From: Candidatus Eiseniibacteriota bacterium
GTDB lineage: Bacteria; Arandabacterota; Arandabacteria; Arandabacterales; Arandabacteraceae
Assembly (NCBI GenBank): GCA_043810925.1
Contig: JBDRNT010000171.1
Coordinates: 8,466-72,465 of the forward strand
Length of the DNA stretch: 64,000 bases
Direction of reading: 5' to 3'
Made by a program: the position numbers and the translations under genes. The notes beneath the pieces are model-generated. The model did no database searches, was not told the origin of the DNA, and was given only the letters and a program-made list of their open reading frames with translations. This document shows, piece by piece, positions 49,152-57,688 of this stretch. The first letter of the stretch is position 1. Each line of letters opens with the position of its first letter.

Positions 49152-50150
49152 ATGCATACACCCGACAAGTATCTGATCACCGGCGGGGCCGGTTTCATCG
49201 GATCATGGCTCGCCGAGGCGCTCCTCGAGCGGGGGGCCGAGGTCTACCTGCTTGATGACCTCTCAACAGGCAATCTCGAAAACATCCAGCACCTCATGGA
49301 CAATCCCGATCTTCACTTTGTACTGGGCTCTGTGCTCGATGTCAGGACCGTCAACAGACTGATGGAAAAGTGTAACCAGGTGTTCCACCTTGCCGCGGCG
49401 GTCGGGGTCAGGCTGGTCTTCGAGCGTCCGATCTATACGATAACAACGAATGTGACGGGGACGGAGATTGTCCTTGAGTCCGCGCTTCGCTACGGCAAGA
49501 AGATCTTTGTCGCATCGACGTCCGAAGTCTACGGCAAGGACGTGCCTGCGCCCCACAATCGCTTCAGGGAAACCGATGACATCACCCTCGGGTTCTCTCA
49601 ACGCTGGTGTTACGCGGCCACAAAGGCACTTGATGAACACCTGGCCCGTGCGTACTACAAGACCAAGGGGTTGCCTGTAGTCATCTGCCGCTACTTCAAC
49701 ACTGTCGGACCAAGGCAGACCGGCGCATACGGCATGGTGATACCCAGGTTTGTGAATGCGGCGCTTTCGGGACAACCCATCAAAGTCTACGGGGACGGAA
49801 ACCAGACAAGAAGCTTCACCTGGGTCGGAGACGCGGTGGATGCCACGATCAAGCTGATGGACTCTCCCAACACCCTCGGGGAGATCTTCAACATAGGCAG
49901 CGAGGAGCCGATTACGATCGGTGAACTCGCTCGCAAGATCAGACAAATCACCCACAGTGACTCGGAGATAGTCCATGTACCTTACGAAGAAGCATATGGC
50001 AAAGACTTCGAAGACATCCGCTGCAGGCTCCCTGATGTCAGCAAGATCAGACGATACATAGACTACAGTCCGACGCACGACCTCGAGCAGATCCTGGTGG
50101 AGACAATCGAGCATACGAGAAAGCGTGTGTGTGAGGAGGTGCTGGTATGA
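49152..50150 (+). CDS. NAD-dependent nucleotide-sugar epimerase/dehydratase/decarboxylase (extended SDR)
   Basis: ATG 49152; TGGAGFIGS, HLAAAVGV, ASTSEVYGK, RWCYAATK, FNTVGPRQ. Confidence 0.85.
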   Translation: MHTPDKYLITGGAGFIGSWLAEALLERGAEVYLLDDLSTGNLENIQHLMDNPDLHFVLGSVLDVRTVNRLMEKCNQVFHLAAAVGVRLVFERPIYTITTNVTGTEIVLESALRYGKKIFVASTSEVYGKDVPAPHNRFRETDDITLGFSQRWCYAATKALDEHLARAYYKTKGLPVVICRYFNTVGPRQTGAYGMVIPRFVNAALSGQPIKVYGDGNQTRSFTWVGDAVDATIKLMDSPNTLGEIFNIGSEEPITIGELARKIRQITHSDSEIVHVPYEEAYGKDFEDIRCRLPDVSKIRRYIDYSPTHDLEQILVETIEHTRKRVCEEVLV

Positions 50151-50845
50151 GAGCCGCACTCGCCGCCGGGGCACAGTGTGCCTCTGAACCTGAGGCCGAC
50201 GGTGCTCGCGATAGACCGGTTGCACCTGCTGTGGAACCGGTCCTCAAGAGGCCTTTCGATTTCGTGCTGGCCCTGACAGGCATCATCCTGTCAGCACCGG
50301 TGTGGCTCGCCATCGCCCTTGCGATCAAACTGGAGGACGGTGGGCCCGTTCTCTACGTCCAGCAGAGATGGGGTAAGAACAGAGAGGGATTCACGGCCTA
50401 CAAGTTCAGATCGATGGTCGCCAACGCTGATGAAAAGTGGGGCTCGCTCCAGGCCACCGAGGATGATCCGAGGATCACGAGAATGGGTAAGCTACTCCGG
50501 GCGACAGCCCTGGATGAGATGCCACAGCTCTTGAATATCCTCAAGGGTGACATGAGTTTCGTAGGACCTCGTGCGCTTCCGATGAACGAGGTCCAGGTGC
50601 GTGAGGAGGGCGACGGTCTTCCTGATAAGGAAATCCCCGGATTCGACGAGCGGCTCCGGGTGCGGCCGGGACTTACGGGTATCGCCCAGATCTACGCCCC
50701 GAGAGATGTCCCGCGCAAGGAGAAATTCGAATACGACCTCGTGTACATACGCAAACAGAGCTTTGTGTATGATCTAAGGCTCATCATCCTGTCTTTCCTC
50801 ATAACCTTCCGCGGCCGGGGGGAGGTCAGGGCCAAGAAGATCTGA
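50147..50845 (+). CDS. Initiating phosphoglycosyl transferase (monotopic, bacterial sugar transferase family)
   Basis: KRPFD, YKFRSM, DPRIT..LR...LDEMPQLLNILKGDMSFVGPR, RPGLTG.AQ. Confidence 0.92.
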   Translation: MRAALAAGAQCASEPEADGARDRPVAPAVEPVLKRPFDFVLALTGIILSAPVWLAIALAIKLEDGGPVLYVQQRWGKNREGFTAYKFRSMVANADEKWGSLQATEDDPRITRMGKLLRATALDEMPQLLNILKGDMSFVGPRALPMNEVQVREEGDGLPDKEIPGFDERLRVRPGLTGIAQIYAPRDVPRKEKFEYDLVYIRKQSFVYDLRLIILSFLITFRGRGEVRAKKI

Positions 50846-50870
50846 CCCACCCGGACCCAAGGAGGGACAA

Positions 50871-52007
50871 ATGAAGACGTATGACATCATAGTAATCGGA
50901 GGAGGGCCGGTCGGCTCGTACACTGCCTACCAGCTTGCAGATCTGGGTTACGATGTCGGTTTGTTTGAAAGAGACATCGAGGTCGGTAAAGACGTCATCT
51001 GCACCGGTATCGTCGGTATGGATGCGTTCGACAAGTTCGATCTTCCGAGAGACGCTATTCTGCACGAGATGGAATCCGTCACCTTCCTCTCCCCCTCTCA
51101 TCTTGCTCTGGACTATGCCGCCCCCGATGCGTTCGCATGTGTAATAGACCGCACCAGGTTCGACAAGGGAATTCTCCAGATGGCGGTTGATAGCGGCGCC
51201 GATGTTCATCTGGGGAAGCGGGTGAGGGAGGTTGACATCGACAAGGATTTCGCCAAGATCGAGACCACCAACGGTGACGGCATGACGGAGGCCAGGGCAA
51301 AGGTGATTGTTGTCGCAACCGGAGTCAACTACAATCTCCACCGGAGACTTGGCCTCGATCTTCCACCGTCCTTCCTGCTGGCCATGCAGACCGAGGCGGA
51401 AATCAAGGACCTCGATATGACCGAGGTTTATCTCAACAGCCTGCCGCAAGGCTCCTTTGCGTGGGTTGTACCTTCTAACGGCACCACCGCACGTATAGGG
51501 GCCCTCACCAGGAGCGGGGGCCTGGGTCCGCTGAAGACGTTCATTGAAGAACGGCTGGATAACGGCAACCATGACGAGCCTCCGGAAATCTCATGCAAAC
51601 CGATAGCGCACGGGATGCCGGAGAGGAGCGTGAACGACCGTGTGATCGCCGTCGGCGAGGCTGCAGGCCAGGTCAAGACCACGACGGGCGGCGGTATCTT
51701 CTACGGGCTTATGTGTTCGGAAATTGCCGTCCACGTCCTCAGCCAGGCCATCCAGCAGGGTGACCTCAGCCGCGCCCGGCTTGTGGAGTACGAGAAACTC
51801 TGGAACTCGGCAATCGGCGACGAACTGGAGCTGGGATGCCAGGCTCGCAAGTTTGCTTCATCACTCAGCCGCCAACAACTCGATTCGATATTCGAGTTCA
51901 TCCAGCGTCACAAGACCATAAGAAGACTCATCAAACGACGAATCAACTTCGACCATCATTGTGATCTACTCTCCCTCGGGATGAGACTGCTCCGCCCCTT
52001 CGTGTAA
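50871..52007 (+). CDS. Geranylgeranyl reductase-family FAD oxidoreductase
   Basis: IGGGPVG, CTGIV, DRTRFD, FAWVVP, VGEAAGQVKTTTGGGI. Confidence 0.8.
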   Translation: MKTYDIIVIGGGPVGSYTAYQLADLGYDVGLFERDIEVGKDVICTGIVGMDAFDKFDLPRDAILHEMESVTFLSPSHLALDYAAPDAFACVIDRTRFDKGILQMAVDSGADVHLGKRVREVDIDKDFAKIETTNGDGMTEARAKVIVVATGVNYNLHRRLGLDLPPSFLLAMQTEAEIKDLDMTEVYLNSLPQGSFAWVVPSNGTTARIGALTRSGGLGPLKTFIEERLDNGNHDEPPEISCKPIAHGMPERSVNDRVIAVGEAAGQVKTTTGGGIFYGLMCSEIAVHVLSQAIQQGDLSRARLVEYEKLWNSAIGDELELGCQARKFASSLSRQQLDSIFEFIQRHKTIRRLIKRRINFDHHCDLLSLGMRLLRPFV

Positions 52008-52038
52008 TGTGGCCTTGGGGGGCCTGGGGGGGGGCCTT

Positions 52039-52188
52039 GGGGTCAGAGCTAAAAGAGTGACAATTCCGGGGTCAGAGCTAAAAAAGTCCGTAGTCGACAG
52101 CCTGGGAGGACCTTATGTCCGAGTGGTGGCATCGTGCGCACTTTTTTAGATCTGACCCCGGAATTGTCACTCTTTTAGCTCTGACCCC
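52039..52188. repeat. 150-bp MITE/REPIN-like element with 49-bp terminal inverted repeats
   Basis: 52039-52087 and 52140-52188 are reverse complements at 48/49 positions; each arm has two ggggtcagagctaaaa units 29 bp apart; lies between convergent genes. Confidence 0.85.
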
Positions 52189-52192
52189 CTGC

Positions 52193-53113
52193 TCAATTGC
52201 GGGTGAGTTTCAGGAGAGGGATCAGGGAGTCGGTGACGTGATGAAGTTCTGCGTGCGGAAGCGTCCGTCTGATTCGGCCCCGGAAGAGCCTTGCAAGCGC
52301 CGGATCGCGGAACATCCCGCCTGATACCACGACCCTGAAGCGCGTCCCGAGACCGGTCTTCGTCTTCACGGCCAGTACCATTTCCATGAGGTCACGCGCT
52401 GCCTCTCTCACCAATGACCTTGCAAATGGATCTCCAGCGGTATAAGCCTCAAGGGCTATTCTCGCCAACCCGGCTATCCGGTCGCGCTCCGGCGGCAGGA
52501 ACCTACGGGGGACATCCTTAAGTTCGATACCGTATCGCTCGCAGAGGAGTCTCACCGTGCCATTGACCGCTTCAGTACCATCGTAAGCCCCTAACGCAAC
52601 CCCGAGCACGTCAAGACCCATTCTGAAACCACTGCCCCGATCCAGGTAACCTCCCCGGCCGCCAACTCTGGCTTTCATCACACGTCCGCGCCGGTGCTTC
52701 GCGCCGGCACACACGCTGCCCGTACCGGCGATGAGGACTATGCCGTCATGCTCGCTGAGGAAATACTCGGTCATCGCATCAAGATCGCTCAGTACCCTGA
52801 CACGGGGACGTGTCGACCGGGATTTGATAACTCCACCGAGAATACGCCTGCAGGCTGCGGCGACTCCGGGATCACCCGCCCCAGCGACGGCCGCGCATGC
52901 ATAGATCCGGACACCCCCGGCGCCGAGCCGGTCAAGAAGCGGAATCACGAGCGTCCGAACCCGCTCCTCGAATACTGAGTAACCTACATCAACCGGATTG
53001 AGACCGGACCGGATGACCCGCACGGAGATCGCACCTTCGTGGTAGAGGGCTGCTTTGCCGGTCGAACCGCCGGCTTCGATGGCGAGTGAAGTCCGGAGGG
53101 ATTCCCTGCTCAC
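52193..53113 (-). CDS. BadF/BadG/BcrA/BcrD-type kinase (GlcNAc/MurNAc kinase-like)
   Basis: AIEAGGST, AVAGAG, SDL, VLIAGTGS, GG.GGYLDRGSG, SGGMF. Confidence 0.8.
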   Translation of the reverse strand: MSRESLRTSLAIEAGGSTGKAALYHEGAISVRVIRSGLNPVDVGYSVFEERVRTLVIPLLDRLGAGGVRIYACAAVAGAGDPGVAAACRRILGGVIKSRSTRPRVRVLSDLDAMTEYFLSEHDGIVLIAGTGSVCAGAKHRRGRVMKARVGGRGGYLDRGSGFRMGLDVLGVALGAYDGTEAVNGTVRLLCERYGIELKDVPRRFLPPERDRIAGLARIALEAYTAGDPFARSLVREAARDLMEMVLAVKTKTGLGTRFRVVVSGGMFRDPALARLFRGRIRRTLPHAELHHVTDSLIPLLKLTRN

Positions 53114-54225
53114 TGCTCCTGCACCGCCGGTTCGTAGGCTTCAACCAGCGATGAGTAGGTCAGGGCATAGTCACTGTTGAAGATCGCGACGCCGCGGACC
53201 CCGGACTCGCGGATAGCCTCGAGTTGCTCCGAGAATATGCTGTCTGTAAACCCTTCAAGGTAGGGTCCCATGCCGGCGATAACCCTTTCAGGCCCGGCAA
53301 GAGCCGAATAAGCGCTCAGACGCTCCTCAAACGCCTCCAGGCTCACGGTGTAGATCATAGGCACAAGGAAGTCCACGTACCCTCTCGTCACCCATTCGAT
53401 CCCGTCCTGGAAGTGATACTGCCTGCCCGCCTCGATCTTCTGCCAGACCGCCGCCGAAACCGCTACCCCAGGCCTTGACGTTCTCGCCGCGTCAGCAAGC
53501 CTTCCCACGAACTCACTTAGGTTCTCCCTCCTCCAGTCGGCATAAGTGATCTGGGTGTCCCTGAGGGCGCTGATATAGCCGGCCTTGCTGCGCGAGTCAT
53601 ACGAAAAAGAGGAATCCGGGAACCTCACATGGTCAAGGTGCAGACCGTCAATCTCGTACCTGCCGACGAGATCGGTCACCACGTCTTCCACATGTTGCTG
53701 TGCGCTGGGATGCGTGGGGCTTAAGAATGCGTAGTTATACCTGGTTTCCGATTTGAGTAGCGACATTGGCTCGCCGTCACGGTCTACGGCGATCCAGTTG
53801 GGGTGTACCCGCATTACATGCGAAGGCACAGTCTTCGGGGGCGGGCTGCCCTCATCGGAGACGGGCCAGGCGGAAAAGACGTTTATCCAGGCATGCACCT
53901 CCATCCCCCGCGCGTGGCCTTCTTCGATTGCAGCCCCGAGTGGGTCCCACCCCGGATAAACCCCAAGAGTGTCCGTAAGTACAGCCGACCACGGTTCGTA
54001 GGCCGACCTGTACAGCGCATCACAGGCGCCTCTGGCCTGGAAGAACACCATGTTGATGCCGAGGGGTTCAAGGTTCTCAAACAAATCTCTCAGGTCGGAC
54101 TTGCTCTCGAACCCCCATCTGGTTACCCAGACGGCCTTAACACGACCGGTTTCGCCCGACTCCGACCGACCAATAACGCATAGGAGAATGAGTACGAACA
54201 CCGGGAGTTGTCTGAAGCACTTCAT
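53110..54225 (-). CDS. Secreted glycoside hydrolase-like 10 (GHL10/YddW-DigH-like)
   Basis: Signal peptide; KAVWV, FFQARG..DALY.S..EPW, WDPL, EVHAWIN, YEIDGLHLD..R, PMIY. Confidence 0.85.
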   Translation of the reverse strand: MKCFRQLPVFVLILLCVIGRSESGETGRVKAVWVTRWGFESKSDLRDLFENLEPLGINMVFFQARGACDALYRSAYEPWSAVLTDTLGVYPGWDPLGAAIEEGHARGMEVHAWINVFSAWPVSDEGSPPPKTVPSHVMRVHPNWIAVDRDGEPMSLLKSETRYNYAFLSPTHPSAQQHVEDVVTDLVGRYEIDGLHLDHVRFPDSSFSYDSRSKAGYISALRDTQITYADWRRENLSEFVGRLADAARTSRPGVAVSAAVWQKIEAGRQYHFQDGIEWVTRGYVDFLVPMIYTVSLEAFEERLSAYSALAGPERVIAGMGPYLEGFTDSIFSEQLEAIRESGVRGVAIFNSDYALTYSSLVEAYEPAVQEQ

Positions 54226-54274
54226 GGGGATATTTCTACATCAGGGTGGCCCGGTCTTTCAAGCAAATAAAACA

Positions 54275-54352
54275 TGGGTGGGGTCAGTTGTTCTCACGGG
54301 CTTGGCACGGAAGCCCGTTGGGACGCTCCTATCCAGCTTATGACCCCACCCA
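54275..54352. repeat. Nested palindrome in a divergent intergenic region
   Basis: Perfect 12-bp IR tgggtggggtca/tgaccccaccca enclosing an inner stem acgggctt/aagcccgt. Confidence 0.55.
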
Positions 54353-54474
54353 ACCACAGGACCACAGGGGAAGGAGCTTGTCGCCTCGGTACTGCTAAGA
54401 GCGTTGCTCCTTCCAACAGTATTTAGATGAGTATCATACCCTGTGGATTCACCTGAAGCAACAGAATAATTCGA

Positions 54475-54503
54475 TTGACTGACTTCAGCAAGCGCTATAG
54501 GCT
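54475..54503 (+). promoter_or_regulatory. Sigma70-type promoter
   Basis: TTGACT-17 nt-TAGGCT upstream of SD gggagg and ATG 54527. Confidence 0.55.
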
Positions 54504-54526
54504 ACGGGCGAAGGGAGGATTTGGAG

Positions 54527-54787
54527 ATGGCTGAAACCAAGATCGGGGAGATAGTTAAGTTCTTTGCGAAACCTTCGGTTGCAGCAATCGTGATCACCGC
54601 CGATGGCCTGAACGTCGGAGACACCATCCGTATAAAGGGCCACACAACCGATTTCACCCAGACGGTGGATTCGATGCAGATCGACAATCAGTCGGTCACT
54701 GAGGCCAAAGTCGGTGACGATGTGGGGATCAAGGTCACCGACAGGACAAGGCCTGGAGACGTGGCCTACAAGGTGACCGGCGGCTAG
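54527..54787 (+). CDS. Small translation-elongation-factor-like beta-barrel protein (EF-Tu domain II / U32 C-terminal-like)
   Basis: IGEIVKFFAKPSVA, VGDTIRIKGHTTDF.Q.VDSMQI, GDDVGIKV..R.RPGD. Confidence 0.8.
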   Translation: MAETKIGEIVKFFAKPSVAAIVITADGLNVGDTIRIKGHTTDFTQTVDSMQIDNQSVTEAKVGDDVGIKVTDRTRPGDVAYKVTGG

Positions 54788-54929
54788 CAACGTCCTTCGC
54801 ATCGGGAAAGCCTTGCCGGGCCTGCCTATTTTGGGCTTCAGGGCGCTACGGAGCCCCGGAATCGCACTTTTCTAGGCATAGACCGGTCCCGCACAGTGTC
54901 CATCGGGCTCGCGCACGCAAGATTTTCAC

Positions 54930-54958
54930 TTGACCCCTTCTGCCCTATTTGGTAGGGT
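54930..54958 (+). promoter_or_regulatory. Sigma70-type promoter with extended -10
   Basis: TTGACC-17 nt-TAGGGT, with TG at the extended -10 position. Confidence 0.5.
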
Positions 54959-55074
54959 AAACACAAATCATGTCGACAAGGAGAATGAGTTCGAGAAGGA
55001 GGTGAAGGGATACAAACAAGCGACTCCGCGAAACTTTCGATATTCAAGCCAATCTGCTGTAAGGGGGGTATGAA

Positions 55075-55671
55075 ATGAAGAGGTTCTTGTTTTTGGCTAT
55101 GGTCTTAGCGGCTTCACTCATTCTGGCCTCATGTGCAGAGGAGAAGTCGGTGTGGGAGCCCGCGGTAGAGCAGTCGACTTTCACCGAAATGGATCAGGCG
55201 CTGCCCGGTGTTAGAGAGGCCATGATGGATCTCGACGAAACGATCAACAAGCGCATAACCTCCAAGAAGTACAAGGAAGAGGCGCTTGAGCAGTACAGGA
55301 TGATGACCGATTTCATTGATATCCTTCAGTTCTACTATCTCCCGATACTCAACGCCAGAGCCCACATAGCGCGCGCCTACAGGGAAATCGACCAGGGCAT
55401 GTACTCGGAGGCCTCAGACGATATCAGGAAGGCTGTTGACAACATCAACAAGGCTGCCCTCAAGTCTACTGAAAGCACCAAGACGGGCTTTGACGTAGTC
55501 AAGGAAGGCCTGATGCAGGTCTCGCAGATATCGGATCAGAGTTCCGAGGCCAGCAAGACACGGCTAGCCAACGCGGCGAAGCAGCTCAACATGCTTATCG
55601 AAAAGATAAAGCCTGTGATTATGCTCACCGAAGAGGGAGAATCTCTGGTAGACGGACAGATCGCACCCTAG
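55075..55671 (+). CDS. Alpha-helical lipoprotein of unknown function (possibly YfdX-like)
   Basis: MKR plus hydrophobic core and lipobox LAS-C; own promoter and terminator. Confidence 0.7.
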   Translation: MKRFLFLAMVLAASLILASCAEEKSVWEPAVEQSTFTEMDQALPGVREAMMDLDETINKRITSKKYKEEALEQYRMMTDFIDILQFYYLPILNARAHIARAYREIDQGMYSEASDDIRKAVDNINKAALKSTESTKTGFDVVKEGLMQVSQISDQSSEASKTRLANAAKQLNMLIEKIKPVIMLTEEGESLVDGQIAP

Positions 55672-55689
55672 ATTTCAGGGAAAACTCAG

Positions 55690-55719
55690 GAGCCCGGATG
55701 ATGCTATCCGGGCTCTTTT
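55690..55719 (+). terminator. Intrinsic terminator
   Basis: 10-bp stem gagcccggat/atccgggctc with a 6-nt loop, followed by TTTT; overlaps the convergent stop codon. Confidence 0.65.
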
Positions 55720-57200
55720 ATCTGGAATCTTCTGTCTGAAGCGGCTTCTGGCTCGGCAGTCATGGTGCCCGAACTGCCGTAAACGAAGAACGACTTCCGG
55801 GATCTCACGCCGCGCGGAAACCTCCAGTAAGACCAGGGCAGGCTGAGAAGACGTCTTATGGCCGTAATCCGGAAGTGCTCCGGGACATCCTCAAGAAACT
55901 CGCTGCCCTGAATTTCGAGGAGTTCAAGGCTTCGCTTGTGCTTCTCCGGGTCCTCCATTGCTCTCTTTCGGAAGATCACGCTGAGGATCGAGGCCACCCG
56001 GCGACCGAATGAGAGCCTCTTGCCCACCGCAAAGTATATCCCCTTGACGGCAGGCGAGTGAAAGACCAGATCCATATCGATCTCAGCCACCCATGTGAGA
56101 ATCTGATCCGTTGCAAGGTATCGTCTGAGAACAGTATCATGGATCTGCTGGGCGCGTTTGCGGGTCAAGTCCTCATACCTGAACCACAGCTCCCTGTAAT
56201 GCCAGTCCGTTACGAGCCACTCTATCCTGCCTCTTCTTTCGCCGTCGGCCCGTATCCAGATCTCCAGTCGTTCCCAGTCCTTCTCCCAGAACTTTATGAG
56301 CTCCGCCGGGGCGAGCGTCACGTACCGCCAAACCCAGTAATATCTACCCTCCAACCAGTAGGGCTCGTGGCCTGGCTTATACGGGAAACGCTGGTCCTGG
56401 TCGTCGTTTATGTAGAGGTAGACAGCCGGTGGCAGTGATCTGGGTACGAAGAACCACTCCACAAGGTACAGGACACAAGCCGTGCCGACCATGGCTATCA
56501 CGAAACCCTCGAAGCCCTGGCCTATCCTTACGATCATCCTCAGTGCGATAAGCGGTAGCGGGGCCACTGCTGCTGTCAGAAGATCATCGAACATGAACCA
56601 CAGGATCAGCAGGACGATTGGATACGACAACACACCGAGATAAGGGACGATCACGCTCTCGGCCCCCAGTAGACTGAACACAGGCCCGATAAGTACACCG
56701 TAGCCCAGCGCTACAAGTGATGCCAGGAAGACCTTGTACCGGGCGAAGAACATGCTCGAGGAGCCCCTTATCCTGAGCGGATTGACGACATCGGAGGCCA
56801 CGCACTCGCCGTCCGAATAGACATTAGCAAGCCCGGCCTGCGTGGGCGTGACCTTGAGCGAGTGCTGAAGCAGCAGATTTCTCATTGTGTCACGATCATA
56901 GGCCGCCGGCCGCGCCTTTTTCCGGCCCCTGGCCAGTCGAAGCAGGCCACGAAAGCTCACGGTGAAAGGCTTCATGAGCGAGGCTATTATGAAGTAGCCG
57001 AGTTTGGGGAGGGCAGCTGTCGGTCTATTGAGGATCTTCCGGAAAAGCTCCAGCGAGGGTCCGGACCTGTCGAGTGCCTCGGGGTTGACGATATCCCTCA
57101 GGTTAAGGACGCTCGCCCAGTAGTCACAGAAGAGGAACGGGCCATCGAAATCCCTGTCACGAACTTCCTGCCTGGTATCGAATGAGTCGTGCTTGTCCAT
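55704..57200 (-). CDS. Hypothetical membrane protein (central TM bundle, Trp-rich C-terminal domain)
   Basis: Long ORF, ATG 57200 with SD gggag; about 4-5 hydrophobic segments; no family recognised with confidence. Confidence 0.7.
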   Translation of the reverse strand: MDKHDSFDTRQEVRDRDFDGPFLFCDYWASVLNLRDIVNPEALDRSGPSLELFRKILNRPTAALPKLGYFIIASLMKPFTVSFRGLLRLARGRKKARPAAYDRDTMRNLLLQHSLKVTPTQAGLANVYSDGECVASDVVNPLRIRGSSSMFFARYKVFLASLVALGYGVLIGPVFSLLGAESVIVPYLGVLSYPIVLLILWFMFDDLLTAAVAPLPLIALRMIVRIGQGFEGFVIAMVGTACVLYLVEWFFVPRSLPPAVYLYINDDQDQRFPYKPGHEPYWLEGRYYWVWRYVTLAPAELIKFWEKDWERLEIWIRADGERRGRIEWLVTDWHYRELWFRYEDLTRKRAQQIHDTVLRRYLATDQILTWVAEIDMDLVFHSPAVKGIYFAVGKRLSFGRRVASILSVIFRKRAMEDPEKHKRSLELLEIQGSEFLEDVPEHFRITAIRRLLSLPWSYWRFPRGVRSRKSFFVYGSSGTMTAEPEAASDRRFQIKEPG

Positions 57201-57463
57201 AAATTCAAATTCTCCCGACTGAATAGTACCACTGCCGCATATGGCCGTCAACTCCTGTGCGTGGCAGCAGTCTGCAGTCACCGGCCAGCCCGGATTCGCG
57301 CTAACCCCGTGCCGCTGGGATGCCGATACAACAACCGAGCGTGGAGGGGTCGACCGAGGTCGACGCCCGGAAATGCAGGGGATGAAGGCTGGGCTATCCC
57401 GGAGGTCAACAATCCTCCCACCAAAAACCAGCTTTCATCCCTCATTCTTATTTATGGGCCGGA

Positions 57464-57532
57464 CGCTGGTGCGCCTTTCGCTTCGCTTGCTCAGAGAAGG
57501 CATTCACTTGCGGCCCAAAAGGGGCACCAGCG
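57464..57532. repeat. Palindromic intergenic repeat, family B copy 2
   Basis: cgctggtgcgcctttcg..caaaaggggcaccagcg stem; core shared with 18349-18422 on the opposite strand; followed by atttttt. Confidence 0.65.
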
Positions 57533-57541
57533 ATTTTTTAA

Positions 57542-57651
57542 GAATTCGGTGCCAGCTTAGGAATTACCATTACGAATTACCACACTCTCGGTCCAAGCCG
57601 TCCGGTGCCCGGCGTAATTTGTAAGCTGGCACCAAATTCCCACCAAATTCC
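57542..57651. repeat. REPIN-like inverted repeat, family C copy 1
   Basis: gaattcggtgccagcttaggaattac (57542-57567) versus gtaatttgtaagctggcaccaaattc (57614-57639): 23/26 complementary; arm ends locally duplicated (gaattacca x2, caccaaattcc x2). Confidence 0.7.
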
Positions 57652-57652
57652 G

Positions 57653-57681
57653 TTTACTCGCCGTGGTGTCTGTGGTAGCAT
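57653..57681 (+). promoter_or_regulatory. Sigma70-type promoter, probably giving a leaderless mRNA
   Basis: TTTACT-17 nt-TAGCAT with TG extension; ATG 57689 lies 7 nt after the -10 box; no SD. Confidence 0.5.
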
Positions 57682-57688
57682 TGCCGCC

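Noticed and set aside
10607-50225. Long minus-strand ORFs (e.g. 10607-11608, 17072-18067, 18511-19416, 26595-27605, 27581-28831, 45491-46363, 49263-50225)
   Set aside because: They lie antisense to well-supported genes, show no family motifs, and are typical shadow ORFs of GC-rich coding DNA.
52039-52188. Possible CRISPR array or attC site
   Set aside because: Only two short direct units per arm, arranged as an inverted pair; no spacer series, cas genes or integrase.
54527-54787. tuf or selB fragment / pseudogene
   Set aside because: Complete small ORF with its own promoter and SD and no GTPase remnants nearby; fits the stand-alone small protein family.
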